Virus record (IMG/VR): IMGVR_UViG_3300033808_000008
Location: 1 to 49,401 of that record
Source of the DNA: a virus
Taxonomy: Duplodnaviria; Caudoviricetes
DNA length: 49,401 nucleotides
Reading direction: 5' to 3' (one strand)
The notes below the pieces were generated by a model. The model searched no databases. It was not told where the DNA came from and saw nothing but the letters and a program-made list of their open reading frames with translations. Numbering within the stretch: position 1 is the stretch's first letter; the number at the start of each line of letters is the position of its first letter. The translations under genes were made by a program, and so were the position numbers. Below are positions 27,047-36,811 of the stretch, one piece after another.

Positions 27047-28006
27047 TTATGGCCCAAGGCTGCCAAACGTGTTGATCCATGTATCGGCACCAGCAGAGTA
27101 CCGGGCAACGGTCAGGAACTTCAGTGCCTGCTGGTCGAAGTCACGGTCGTAGTCCTCATAGATCGGCTGGCGCTCGTAGAACATCAGCCGATGCTCGTCC
27201 TTGTTCCCGGTGAGGAACCACGCTGAGGCGGAAGTGAAATAGTTGTTCACTTCGTAGCTCAGTCCGGTAGCCAGCAGTGCATTGACTTCATTGTCTGATG
27301 TGTACGGCTTGCCGGCGGAGCCAAGGATTTCAATGGCAATGAACTCCAGCTCAGGCGGGATGCGGAGATGTTTGGGCCGGACAGCGACCACCAGGCCTCT
27401 GGCATTCGGCATGCGCTGGAATGTCATCGTGGCGTATTGCAGCGCGGTGAATGACAGATCGGCATCAGTCTGCGGCCGATTGGGATAGGTGCCCGATGCG
27501 GTCGAGAACGTACCAATCCCTGGCGCTACGTTGGTAGCGCCCAGCCCGCCAAGCAGAGGGTGCTGGTTGTTGAACAGGGACACGCCATCGTCCACCAGCG
27601 TTCCAGTCGAGGAGAAGCCGAGGTTAAAGACGTTCGAGCCGGTCATCTCCTGGGCGAAGATGTGGGCCTGCACCAAGCCTTTCGGTGACTGCTCCATGAT
27701 GCCCGTCTGGTCATCCTGCATCAGTTCATACGACATGCGGACGCCCAGCCCGTAAGTCTGATGGACATAGCGCCTCGTGCCGCCTTGAATGAGGTTGTCA
27801 TAGACGATTGACTCGCCTTCATTCTTGGGCTGTGCAGGGCCAAACCCGGCATAATGCACCGCATCCTCATACGCCTTCTTGGAAGGATAGACGTTGAAGA
27901 TAGAGCGGAACTGTACCTGCCGCTGCCGGAGGTCAAGGAACTCAACGAAGTTGTGCGCTACGTCAACTGAGAGCGCCTGGAAAAATTGGAGCCGAACCAT
28001 TGTCAT
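27047..28006 (-). CDS. Major capsid protein (Mu gpT-like, HK97 fold)
   Basis: Motifs KNEGESIVYD, RYVHQTYGLG, DGVSLFNNQHP, PKHLRIPPEL, SASAWFL and ARYSAG. Confidence 0.88.
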   Translation of the reverse strand: MTMVRLQFFQALSVDVAHNFVEFLDLRQRQVQFRSIFNVYPSKKAYEDAVHYAGFGPAQPKNEGESIVYDNLIQGGTRRYVHQTYGLGVRMSYELMQDDQTGIMEQSPKGLVQAHIFAQEMTGSNVFNLGFSSTGTLVDDGVSLFNNQHPLLGGLGATNVAPGIGTFSTASGTYPNRPQTDADLSFTALQYATMTFQRMPNARGLVVAVRPKHLRIPPELEFIAIEILGSAGKPYTSDNEVNALLATGLSYEVNNYFTSASAWFLTGNKDEHRLMFYERQPIYEDYDRDFDQQALKFLTVARYSAGADTWINTFGSLGP

Positions 28007-28027
28007 AACATCCCTCTTTTCACCAAC

Positions 28028-28681
28028 TTACTGTCCGACTGCCTGCGATACCTGCGGCAAGAACTTGAAACGAATGCGCCCGTTGTTGACCTGGGTAGTG
28101 GTCGAGCCTGCTACCAAGTCTTGCGGATTCAGAGAAACCAGAACGATTGCCAACGTGCCCATGGCAGCGTTGATGGTGTTCCGGTCAACATACCAGGAAC
28201 TATTCGCGCCATCGGCAACCAGCGTGGCGAACTTTCCCAGATCAGAGGTGGATGCCGCAAACGATGCTCCAGTGGAATTGTCGATTTGGGCCTCGAAGAT
28301 GGTGTCATCCACTGCCAGATACACTGGCATGAGACCGTCCACGTAAGGAACGCCATGTGGCAGGTTGACCGCCGAGGACTGATTTGGAACCGAGCCGAAT
28401 GTCGGAGCGCCGCCAGGGAAGGCAATCGAAGCCCATAGCGGCGATGCACCCAAGCCAGCAGACGCCAAGTTCTGACCAGCGATGGCAGAGATTCCCACCG
28501 TCAAGTTGGAGGTTGAAAGAGACGACGTGGCAGCCACCACAGCGCCCGAAGAAATCACCAAAGGAACCCCAACCGGAGCAGTAACGCTTGCGCCCTGACG
28601 GTAGTTGAACATCTGTTCCTGGTTACCTGACACGGTTCCCACAGGGATGATTGGAAGGTGAGTCGAAAGATTGGCCGCCAT
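28028..28681 (-). CDS. Capsid-associated (cement/decoration) protein
   Basis: Beta-rich, directly upstream of the major capsid gene; GGAG RBS. Confidence 0.6.
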   Translation of the reverse strand: MAANLSTHLPIIPVGTVSGNQEQMFNYRQGASVTAPVGVPLVISSGAVVAATSSLSTSNLTVGISAIAGQNLASAGLGASPLWASIAFPGGAPTFGSVPNQSSAVNLPHGVPYVDGLMPVYLAVDDTIFEAQIDNSTGASFAASTSDLGKFATLVADGANSSWYVDRNTINAAMGTLAIVLVSLNPQDLVAGSTTTQVNNGRIRFKFLPQVSQAVGQ

Positions 28682-28692
28682 CTAAGTTTCTC

Positions 28693-29382
28693 CTAACCTA
28701 CGGTCGGGTAGTTTTTCACTGGCCCGAGACCTTGAAATTCCTGCTCTGCCTGCTTGGTGTGGTAATAGGGAGCGTTCTGGATGTCTACTCCAGCCTGCTG
28801 CGCGAACGATTCTGCCTGCTGCTTGTAGCCGGCAATGCCACCTTTGATCTTGGCCAAGTCAATGGCTTCCTTGTATTTCAGGTAGAGTTTCGCTTTATGG
28901 ATTTTCATCAGCACGATGTCGTGCTGCTCCACCGCGCCATCGGCATCGGACAATTCCAGGCAGTACCACTCCAAATCCTCTTTCTTGGCCGGAATGAAAC
29001 CTAACGCCCTTCCGGTTGCGACCCGCATTGCCTGCTTTGCGCTCTTGTTGAACCAGTACCCTGCCCAGTGAGGGTCTTTGAAGGTGACAGTCAGGTTCTG
29101 CGGAATCCGTCCCGGATGCGATTCGTAAAGCGTAATCGGCAGATCGTAGAAGTCCTGCTCTGACATCTGGTCAATGGGCTTAGGAAGAACAATCGTCTCC
29201 CCATTGACCTCGTACTTGTAGAGCCAGCGTCCGGTTTTCGAATCACGGAACTGGGCATCAAGTGCGGGAGCTTCAGGCGTTGCGGTCACTGGCGGAGGAG
29301 CCGAAGAAGATGCAGAAATCGAATCGGTCGCAGATTTGAGAAACTGGTTTACATCCACCGTCTCTTTTTTCGACTCAGGCAT
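28693..29382 (-). CDS. Head-module hypothetical protein
   Basis: Coupled ORF between scaffold and capsid; DIVLMKI motif. Confidence 0.65.
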   Translation of the reverse strand: MPESKKETVDVNQFLKSATDSISASSSAPPPVTATPEAPALDAQFRDSKTGRWLYKYEVNGETIVLPKPIDQMSEQDFYDLPITLYESHPGRIPQNLTVTFKDPHWAGYWFNKSAKQAMRVATGRALGFIPAKKEDLEWYCLELSDADGAVEQHDIVLMKIHKAKLYLKYKEAIDLAKIKGGIAGYKQQAESFAQQAGVDIQNAPYYHTKQAEQEFQGLGPVKNYPTVG

Positions 29383-30070
29383 TGCCAGCCGCCTTGTAGT
29401 TTTCCAGAGTAATCGGCTCTCCGGTCCTCTGGATGTCTCGGATGTGGGCAGCCTGATCTAGTGGGATACCGCGCTTTTTCAGGTGTTCGACTACTGCCGG
29501 ATCGAATCCTCGGTTGGGATCGTCCGGGCCGCCTGAACTTCCGGTTATGGCAGTGGATGTCCCAATGAGCGAGGGGTAACTGGATTCCTTGATTTCTCCC
29601 TTCAGGAACTTGTCTCCGAGAAACGAGCGAGTCATAAATTCCCAGAAGTTATCCTGCGCCCTAGTCTGCGGAGGGCACTTCATGGCTTCCTTCATCAACT
29701 CATCGCCGTACTGCTGGAAAATCTGGGAAAACTTGGGATTCTGCCGTGCCCTGATTTCCTGCACCTGAGCCTTGGTTTCAATCTGAGCGTCCGCGAGTCC
29801 CTTGGTCTGCTCACGGACAAACTTCGTGGGATCGGTCAGGACTTCAGTTGTTGGGTCGGGCGGCTCTCTGACTGGCTCAGGCGAATCCGGCGCAGTCGTT
29901 AGTTTTTGAAGAGACTCGCGGAGTTCAGCGAGGGAAGAAGTCAGAACTTCGTTTTGTTTCTTGGCAAGATCGTCTAAATCGGTCTTGGTGACAGCCGCAT
30001 CGAGCCGGGCTTTCAGCTCCTCCGGCTTCATGCCGATGATCTTCTCTGGCTCGACGTTGCCAAAAGCCAT
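29375..30070 (-). CDS. Putative scaffolding protein
   Basis: Helical and charged, with a Pro-rich linker; lies between portal and capsid. Confidence 0.6.
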   Translation of the reverse strand: MAFGNVEPEKIIGMKPEELKARLDAAVTKTDLDDLAKKQNEVLTSSLAELRESLQKLTTAPDSPEPVREPPDPTTEVLTDPTKFVREQTKGLADAQIETKAQVQEIRARQNPKFSQIFQQYGDELMKEAMKCPPQTRAQDNFWEFMTRSFLGDKFLKGEIKESSYPSLIGTSTAITGSSGGPDDPNRGFDPAVVEHLKKRGIPLDQAAHIRDIQRTGEPITLENYKAAGNA

Positions 30071-30071
30071 A

Positions 30072-30133
30072 TCGGACACAAAATATGTCCGAAGGAAAAG
30101 GAGTTGCAAGTAATGTATGAACTATCAGATAAT
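30072..30133. promoter_or_regulatory. Divergent promoter pair sharing a palindromic -35 (TTGCAA, 30104-30109), with operator TCGGACA-N7-TGTCCGA (30072-30092)
   Basis: Plus strand: TTGCAA-N18-GATAAT-N7-ATG. Minus strand: TTGCAA-N18-TATTTT-N9-ATG. Perfect 7-bp inverted repeat. Confidence 0.6.
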
Positions 30134-30140
30134 TCCGTCC

Positions 30141-30302
30141 ATGACTTCGGAGATTTTAGCCAAACTCGAAATTCCCAATTTCCCCGCCAATCTGAAGCGC
30201 GAAGTCAAGCTGCAGGCTGTGTCGGAGGACAAGAGCGTGAAGCAGTGGGTGATTGAAGCCCTGACGTACAAACTGAAAGTATCAGACAAGAGCCGCCGCT
30301 AG
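30141..30302 (+). CDS. Ribbon-helix-helix regulator 2, antisense within the late operon
   Basis: AKLEIPNFPANLKREVKLQAVSEDKSVKQWVIEAL; fills an otherwise empty gap. Confidence 0.75.
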   Translation: MTSEILAKLEIPNFPANLKREVKLQAVSEDKSVKQWVIEALTYKLKVSDKSRR

Positions 30303-30628
30303 TATCCTGCCGTTCCGCGTTGTGGCGGTACTTCCTTACGCATATCGTCAATGTGCTTGCATTTGGCTGGAAGATCAATCATGTCTTTCAGCATAGCAAG
30401 CTGGCCGCGCACAAACTGGTCATCATCCCGCGTCTTGCATCCGGTAATGAGTTTGGACATCAGGGCATCGTGGGAGTGCATCAGCCACGGCCCAATGCCT
30501 TTCTGCCACTCATCTCCGGCGAAGTAGGAGATCAGGGAAGGGATACGCGGGGCCATGGACTCGTTCCATGCCTTCGCTTTCAGTTCATTGATAGTGTCGA
30601 TGACGGTGATTTCGGCTTCTTTTTTCAT
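30299..30628 (-). CDS. Small post-portal protein
   Basis: ATGA coupling; FVRGQLAMLKDMIDLP motif typical of this position. Confidence 0.65.
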   Translation of the reverse strand: MKKEAEITVIDTINELKAKAWNESMAPRIPSLISYFAGDEWQKGIGPWLMHSHDALMSKLITGCKTRDDDQFVRGQLAMLKDMIDLPAKCKHIDDMRKEVPPQRGTAGY

Positions 30629-32589
30629 TGGGTTATCAGGTTTTGATCTGTTCCTGCTCCGGGAGCGCCCGGAGCCTGCGGTTGCGGCAATACGCTTCTC
30701 GGGTTCTGGCCTTCCTGCGGACCTCCCATGACTTGCGGTTGCCCCATTGCCAACTGCTTCTGCTGGTCAACTCCCTGACGCAGCATCTGCGCTTTCTCAT
30801 GCAGGCCCAAAGGCTCGGGAAGTACCGCGCTCGGATCGCTAACGCCGAAGTCTCGGCAAATCTTTCTCATCAGCAGGTTAGACGCTAGGATTACTTGAAT
30901 CATGTAATCTTGCATCTCAGGCGGAGCCATCGGGTTGGCCGCTCCTTGCAACAACTGGTTTACCATCTGCCAGTGGGCGCGGGTGTTGTTGAGCAGTAGC
31001 ATCAAGTTCTGTTTCTCAATCTCCTTGTTAACCGATCCAGTCGCCGCCCGAATCGGCAGAACAATCCTTCCTGAACGGACGTTTTCAAGGGCGGAAGAAA
31101 GATATTCTCCTTGCTTGCCAAGCGCACCTCGGTCACGATCAGGCACTCCGAAATGCGCGAAATAGAGTAATGCGAGCCGTCCAAATGAATAGTGACTCTG
31201 CCGGAACTCGGTGACGTTGAGATTTGCACGGGTGTTTCCTTCCTGCATGACCGCAAAGGTTCCCATCGCGGAATAGGCACCCTTTTTGTTGACCGTACCT
31301 GCTCCCTGTCCCGAAGCCGAAGGCCCGATTCCTGCCCGGTCAGTGGCTTCCTGCAGCGCCATCTGCTCGTCTTTTATGGTCTCGCTTGCTGTTCGGCCCA
31401 GGGCAATCACTTCAAAGCTGTCTTTCACTCCACTGAAGATGGCATTGGGATAGACGCTGAATTGGCTGTCGATCTGAGAGCCGGAATCTACGCGGAAGAT
31501 GTTGGTATTCGCGGCGGTCGAGGCGTCCCCTCTGCGATTGTGAATAGCAGACACTTCTTCCTGAACATCGGCAAGCATCTCACAAAACCCGAAACCATAA
31601 GCGCGTTCGCCATCCGAGCCGAGACGTGCTCCGATATATGGGTCGGAATTGTCTGGCAGCCAGTTGAATACCGACTTGAGGAACCGGGCATTGGTTCCTG
31701 AATCGTCGGCGCACATGGTGGAGATGATGCGGAACTTTTCTTTCCCGATTTGGTACGGGAACCAAGCTTCATAAATATCCCATTCGTCGTTGATGGAATC
31801 GGAATCAGTCTTGGCCCCAGAAGTCGATTCAATTTCCCGCTGATTGGCCGATGGGCCTTGCCGTGTGGGATGCGTCAGAATCTCGTCAATCGCTTTTTTG
31901 TCATAGGTCGGATCGGCACGCATGGCTTCAAGATCGAACCGCTGCAGCCGGGCACGCTGCAAAAGAATAGGAGCGCGGCAGAGTTCGACGGTCGTCGCCG
32001 GCATGAGGAAATCTTCAAACTGGATGGGCAGCGCAACCGGCCCTTCGTGGCGGGTGTAATTGGTGAATGTGGCTTTTTCTCCGGTGCCGCGCTGCGCCAC
32101 TTTCTCAATCGAGTATTCCGGCATCAGCTTGATTGCGCCAAAGCCGTATTTCACCATGTTGCGAATCCATATGGTGTATTTGGGCAGGATGTTCAGGCGG
32201 CCCGGCTCCATACCAACAAAGGCGAGGTATTCCTCAATCGCGGTACGCTGTTCTTCAGCTTTCTCCTCCCGCTGCCACTCTCCGGCAAGATCAGCGACAA
32301 ACAGGGGATCGACGGCAAAGATGCCCATCACAATCTTGGCGACCAGTTGATCGACATAGCTGCCGACAATCTGCACCACGACGTTTGAGGCATTCTGCCA
32401 AGGGAAGGATTTGACTTTCTCTCGGGGCTCTCCGTTGTAGACTTTGCGCCACTTCTGGATTTTCTCGCCGCGCAACTGCATCAGACCGCGATGGATGGAT
32501 TCGAGACGTTTGGCAGCGTAATGCTCAATCTCTCTGACGTACTGCTGCGTGAAGGTTTTCGAGATCGGTATCTCGGCAGGAATGGGCAT
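30625..32589 (-). CDS. Portal protein
   Basis: Motifs KSFPWQNASN, KYGFGAIK and AYGFGFCEML..VQEEVSAIHN; Gln/Pro tail; follows TerL. Confidence 0.88.
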   Translation of the reverse strand: MPIPAEIPISKTFTQQYVREIEHYAAKRLESIHRGLMQLRGEKIQKWRKVYNGEPREKVKSFPWQNASNVVVQIVGSYVDQLVAKIVMGIFAVDPLFVADLAGEWQREEKAEEQRTAIEEYLAFVGMEPGRLNILPKYTIWIRNMVKYGFGAIKLMPEYSIEKVAQRGTGEKATFTNYTRHEGPVALPIQFEDFLMPATTVELCRAPILLQRARLQRFDLEAMRADPTYDKKAIDEILTHPTRQGPSANQREIESTSGAKTDSDSINDEWDIYEAWFPYQIGKEKFRIISTMCADDSGTNARFLKSVFNWLPDNSDPYIGARLGSDGERAYGFGFCEMLADVQEEVSAIHNRRGDASTAANTNIFRVDSGSQIDSQFSVYPNAIFSGVKDSFEVIALGRTASETIKDEQMALQEATDRAGIGPSASGQGAGTVNKKGAYSAMGTFAVMQEGNTRANLNVTEFRQSHYSFGRLALLYFAHFGVPDRDRGALGKQGEYLSSALENVRSGRIVLPIRAATGSVNKEIEKQNLMLLLNNTRAHWQMVNQLLQGAANPMAPPEMQDYMIQVILASNLLMRKICRDFGVSDPSAVLPEPLGLHEKAQMLRQGVDQQKQLAMGQPQVMGGPQEGQNPRSVLPQPQAPGAPGAGTDQNLITQ

Positions 32590-34443
32590 CTAGTAACCTG
32601 CGTTCCCGACGAATCGTAGCATACTCTCCCGGCGTTTCAACTGTTCTGCCATAAAATCGCGGGTCGAGATGTGGGAACCGGGCTGCCAAGTCTGCGGCAG
32701 GTAGCCGGTCAAATCCAGCAAATCAAGGGTCGAGCCGTTGGGATATTCCTCGTATTCCTCTTTCCACTGCTGGCCTCCAAGCGACGGCACCCAGAAGAAC
32801 CCATTCTCGTAAATCGACTCCATACCGATGATTCTTCTGTGCTTGCCATTCTCGCTGCGGTCGGTCTTGAGGGGACGCACGGCAAAGTTCCCTTCATTGC
32901 CCATCGACTTCATGCGTTCCCGAATGTAATACTTCCAGCCCTGCTGACCAGCCACTTCGGACTCAATGTACAGATAATGGCATCGCCACTTAACCACCAG
33001 TCCTCGCTGTCCCGGAGTTCGGCAGAGTGCTTTTTCAATCCACTCTTCGTGCGATGACGCCTTTGCCCAACAATCGAGCAGGTATAGACGCCTGGGTTCG
33101 GGAGGACGATTGTAGATACCGACGATGAGGATGGCGTTACGCGACCGTCCGTGTTCTCCCGAGTGATTAGGGTCCATAAGGGCCACGCGATCAAGGTCGC
33201 CAGCGCGAATGTCAGGAACAGCTTTACCCAGATAGACTTCATGTTTAAGCGCCACCTTCAATCGCTTGGGAGTCGCACCTTGCGCTTCGACGCTTTCTTC
33301 GGGATAGCCCAGCATCTCCGCCCGCTTGATAGCGGAAATCTGGCTCCAGTTCACAATGCCGGCTTGCGGCTCGGCTTCTTTCCAGACATCGACCGTATAT
33401 TTTCGCAGCCAAGATTCTTTGAACCTTACTGCTTCAGGAGCGACCGGCTTGTTGCGAAACTGGCAAGCGTAGTTGTAGGCTCCTTCAGTGGCCCGGATGA
33501 TGGCGAGTTTTTCGGTGGTGAACTCTTCCGGGAAGATGGGTCTATCGGGAGGATGTTGGTCACAGCAACCCCCATCTGCTGAATGGGTGTGGAATTCATA
33601 CCCAGATTCGTTTTTACGTATCCATGAATTGAGATCACGGTGCGACCATCGGTTTCCGATAACCAACTGGTCTCCAAGACTTCCGGGACGTTGAGGGTCA
33701 GAGTCAAATGCTCCAGGTAGCTTCCGGTGCCATTCGATTGTGGATTCCATGACGAGATCAGAGTTGATGGCCTTTTCTCCCACCAGATCATCTTCCACAA
33801 TGCGATCGTAGTGGCGAGACTGTAACGCACCTTTGACGCCAATGAAGTCATAAGTCCCCTCTCCGTGATAGACGCCATCCAAGCGGTTGTGCTGCATCGA
33901 GTCTTGGTTCCAGCGTGCCGTATCTTTTGGCAGGATGGAAGGAAAAAGATAGCGGAAGCCTGCGTTCGACTCGTAGTGTCCCTGAATCTTCGCTCCGATC
34001 TTGCGGGCATTGCCGATGACTTCGGAGGCGATGAGGGTTCGAGTCGAGGAATAGTGGGCACGCTTCATCCACCGTATCCATGCCTCCGAGTACCCCATTT
34101 CGTACATCAGGTCTTCGTCTTGCGGGGAGAACGGGAGCGCCCACCACATTGGCGCGGAGACTGAAGCAACGGTCGTTTTAAAATGATCGCGGGGAATTTC
34201 CATGACCAGACGAAGGGTGTCGCGCTCAAGTTCCCGGCACATGTACCCATGCAAGGCGGGAGAAAGTCTACCGTGACTGAGAACGACCTTGCTGAAGTAA
34301 AAGAGCGAGCCAAGTGCATTGAGCCGAATCGCGCTTCTTTTGATTTCTGGCGCGAGTTCTGCGGTGATGGGAATTTGCCGCCACGATTCCGGCTTTTGTT
34401 CCTGGATTTGGTCACGGGTTGGCTCCAGTCCCGCAGGGATCAT
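32590..34443 (-). CDS. terL: Terminase large subunit
   Basis: Walker A-like PRDHFKT, Walker B IVEDDLV, coupling motif IGNRW, nuclease motifs LMDP and DLLD. Confidence 0.93.
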   Translation of the reverse strand: MIPAGLEPTRDQIQEQKPESWRQIPITAELAPEIKRSAIRLNALGSLFYFSKVVLSHGRLSPALHGYMCRELERDTLRLVMEIPRDHFKTTVASVSAPMWWALPFSPQDEDLMYEMGYSEAWIRWMKRAHYSSTRTLIASEVIGNARKIGAKIQGHYESNAGFRYLFPSILPKDTARWNQDSMQHNRLDGVYHGEGTYDFIGVKGALQSRHYDRIVEDDLVGEKAINSDLVMESTIEWHRKLPGAFDSDPQRPGSLGDQLVIGNRWSHRDLNSWIRKNESGYEFHTHSADGGCCDQHPPDRPIFPEEFTTEKLAIIRATEGAYNYACQFRNKPVAPEAVRFKESWLRKYTVDVWKEAEPQAGIVNWSQISAIKRAEMLGYPEESVEAQGATPKRLKVALKHEVYLGKAVPDIRAGDLDRVALMDPNHSGEHGRSRNAILIVGIYNRPPEPRRLYLLDCWAKASSHEEWIEKALCRTPGQRGLVVKWRCHYLYIESEVAGQQGWKYYIRERMKSMGNEGNFAVRPLKTDRSENGKHRRIIGMESIYENGFFWVPSLGGQQWKEEYEEYPNGSTLDLLDLTGYLPQTWQPGSHISTRDFMAEQLKRRESMLRFVGNAGY

Positions 34444-34880
34444 TGGACGGTTTTATCACGGTTGATGAGCTGCATGAGTTGGGCGGCGACTTCTTTGGAA
34501 TCTTTCTGCTCCGCCTCTCCCGGCTCGGAGACGCTGAACCTGCCATCCATTGCTCCCATGAGCTTGGCAATGGCCACCTGATCGCGGGTCGAAGTCTCCG
34601 GGTCGGCGGCAGCCTCGTAGAGTTTGCGGAGCGACCGGCCAAGGCTGCCAGTAATCAGGTCTCGCAACTCTTTCGTCTGGGGATTCGACAGCAGTTGCCG
34701 CTTATGCTCGAGCGTCAGTTCTTCCACTGTCTTTTTGTACAACTCATCTTGGCGCATGGTGTAGACATGGCTGTGGGTGCAGTCGAGCTGCTTGTAGATG
34801 AGCTTCGACGGAGTGAGGTTGAAGTCGAGATACGCCAAGTCCATTACTTGTCGTTCCCATTTGGCCTTATTCGGCGGCAT
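34440..34880 (-). CDS. Putative terminase small subunit
   Basis: Helical, about 146 aa, ATGA-coupled to terL. Confidence 0.6.
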   Translation of the reverse strand: MPPNKAKWERQVMDLAYLDFNLTPSKLIYKQLDCTHSHVYTMRQDELYKKTVEELTLEHKRQLLSNPQTKELRDLITGSLGRSLRKLYEAAADPETSTRDQVAIAKLMGAMDGRFSVSEPGEAEQKDSKEVAAQLMQLINRDKTVQ

Positions 34881-35241
34881 CTATTTTTTGCCCTTTTTCC
34901 TCCACTGCTTTATGTTTCCGGCGTTTTGCGCCGTGCAGATGGCGTGGGCTGATTTGGTTCCCTTCTTCTTGGCTACTTTCTGAACGCACCGTTCGTATTT
35001 TGCCGGCATCTTCTTTCATCTCCTTGGCTTCATCGTTTCTGTGTTCCCAGGCATACAACGCCGCCGCCTTGCGTTCCGCGTGGCAGTCGATCCGGCGCTG
35101 CCCGCCGCCTCCAAACATGGCATTGGCGGAAGAGTTCCGGGTGACACACCAGTTTCCCGGCTGGGCACCGCAGGTGGTGCAGGGCACAGCCACTGAGATT
35201 ACCGGCCAGTCAGAGAGTTTTTCGGCTTCGTGGAGAAACAT
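34867..35241 (-). CDS. Zn-finger protein
   Basis: CTTCGAQPGNWC...HAER (C2-C-H). Confidence 0.6.
   Translation of the reverse strand: MFLHEAEKLSDWPVISVAVPCTTCGAQPGNWCVTRNSSANAMFGGGGQRRIDCHAERKAAALYAWEHRNDEAKEMKEDAGKIRTVRSESSQEEGNQISPRHLHGAKRRKHKAVEEKGQKIDAAE
34881..35009 (-). CDS. Small basic protein (42 aa, not in the ORF track)
   Basis: MPAKYERCVQKVAKKKGTKSAHAICTAQNAGNIKQWRKKGKK; its stop abuts the terS start. Confidence 0.6.
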   Translation of the reverse strand: MPAKYERCVQKVAKKKGTKSAHAICTAQNAGNIKQWRKKGKK

Positions 35242-35550
35242 TCAGTTGACCCGGCCTTTGCTTCCGGCATAGTGAAATTCGATCTGGTTGGGCCGGAGAC
35301 GGACGACTTGGTAAATATCCTGCGGGAAGTCCAGTTCGAGGTTTTTAAGGCATCCCGCGATGGTGTCCTCAATCCACTCTTCGGTAAAGCCGATGGCCTG
35401 ATGGTCGGGCTGGATGACGCGCTTGAACTCTCCTCCATCGGGGAATTTCAGAGTAATGTCGAGAGAGCGGTAAATCTTCTCGCCGCGTTCGGTGAGCGTG
35501 CCTTCTTTGGCCGGCACGAGCTGGTCGATTTTGGCTTTCAGCATCCCCAC
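35242..35550 (-). CDS. Hypothetical protein
   Basis: AAGGAG RBS; in the operon. Confidence 0.65.
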   Translation of the reverse strand: MGMLKAKIDQLVPAKEGTLTERGEKIYRSLDITLKFPDGGEFKRVIQPDHQAIGFTEEWIEDTIAGCLKNLELDFPQDIYQVVRLRPNQIEFHYAGSKGRVN

Positions 35551-36371
35551 TCCTTGCCCGCAGTGTTGGGCACTTCCTTGATAAGAGAAAGGATTTCCGA
35601 TTCACGCATCATGGTAAATCCGTCACCTTCGGGAGTGGTGATCTGATGTCCTGCATAGCGAGAGTGCAACACTCGATCCCCGAGCTTAACCACGAGACAA
35701 CTAGGTCCAACCGAGACGACAATTCCCGTAACTGGTCGGGATTGAGACTGTTCTGGGATAACGATGCCGCCCCTCCAGCCAGTTCCCTTGCACGCTCGAC
35801 AAGGGGTTTTGCCGCAAGGATGTTTTGCCTCTCTCTCGAATCCGAGTACGGTACATTCCTGACATCCTTGGCCATCGCAGACTGAGCAGACTTCTTCGGT
35901 GTGGCCTTTCCCTTTACACGCTTGACAGGCATATTCGGACTCCTGGGTATCCTGTTTGACAATCAGCCGGCCATTGGCGTTTGGCGGCATGTCGAGCGCC
36001 GCCATCATCAGATTTGGCCTGACCCCATACCAGACCAGCTCTTCTCTATTCCGGTTGCGGCCCATCACCCGCGCCAGGCGGGAATTGAATCCCCAGGCCG
36101 TTCCAATCACCGGGATGATAAATGCCTCGGGCTGGGGTTCTTCGACTAGTTGCGCCATCAGAATATCGTGGGTGGAGTGCTGCAACTCGAAAGGCTTCGA
36201 CTGTTTTGCGTCTTTGAACTTGACCGGAGTCAGTTGAACGTCTTCCGAGCCGTTCCCTGAAAGATTGACCTCCAGCGGCTCTCCCCCGACCGAAACCGTA
36301 TGCACATTGTCTTTGGCGAAATCGTGCCCGGAATCGGCTTTGCCTAACTCGTTTGCCCGGTTTTCACTCAT
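35538..36371 (-). CDS. groES: GroES/Cpn10 co-chaperonin with inserted DnaJ-type zinc finger and N-terminal extension
   Basis: GRLIVKQD...GGIVIPE..PVTGIVVSVGP..VKLGDRVLHSRYAG..MMRESEIL; insert CQACKGKG/CSVCDGQG/CQECTVLG/CRACKGTG. Confidence 0.88.
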   Translation of the reverse strand: MSENRANELGKADSGHDFAKDNVHTVSVGGEPLEVNLSGNGSEDVQLTPVKFKDAKQSKPFELQHSTHDILMAQLVEEPQPEAFIIPVIGTAWGFNSRLARVMGRNRNREELVWYGVRPNLMMAALDMPPNANGRLIVKQDTQESEYACQACKGKGHTEEVCSVCDGQGCQECTVLGFEREAKHPCGKTPCRACKGTGWRGGIVIPEQSQSRPVTGIVVSVGPSCLVVKLGDRVLHSRYAGHQITTPEGDGFTMMRESEILSLIKEVPNTAGKEWGC

Positions 36372-36811
36372 GCGCTCATGCTTATCATAGTTTTCAGGGA
36401 GTAGGCAAGAAAATACCGCCAGAGACGACGAGAGCGCCCCGTAGGACGCTCCCAACCGCTTCGAGTTTGTTACCAGCTAAGAAAATAGAAACACACTTGA
36501 CAGCCGGGTGTAAAGTAAATTCGTCATTCAGATGGAGCGACCAACCGGAATTCGAGTTTTACGCCGCTCTACGAACCAGCCAGCAGAGCAATCTGCCGCA
36601 TGGGAAAACCCATTTACAGTGAACGGAAACGTAAACCACCTGTAAGGCTCAGGAACAAGGTTCGTCACTCCATCGACCATTTGTAAATCACCTAAAAGCA
36701 GAAATCTGTCCTTAAGTCTTGCGTACCTTAACTGCTGTTTACTTGATAGTACACAAAATTTCCCCAGAAATTTTTTCTTCTCTGATTGCTTGTGACGTTA
36801 GCCCCTGTCCT

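Noticed and set aside
5269-34581. Long plus-strand ORFs opposite structural genes (e.g. 5269-6048, 15156-16010, 31750-32388)
   Set aside because: These are antisense shadows of GC-rich coding genes with no motifs or RBS.
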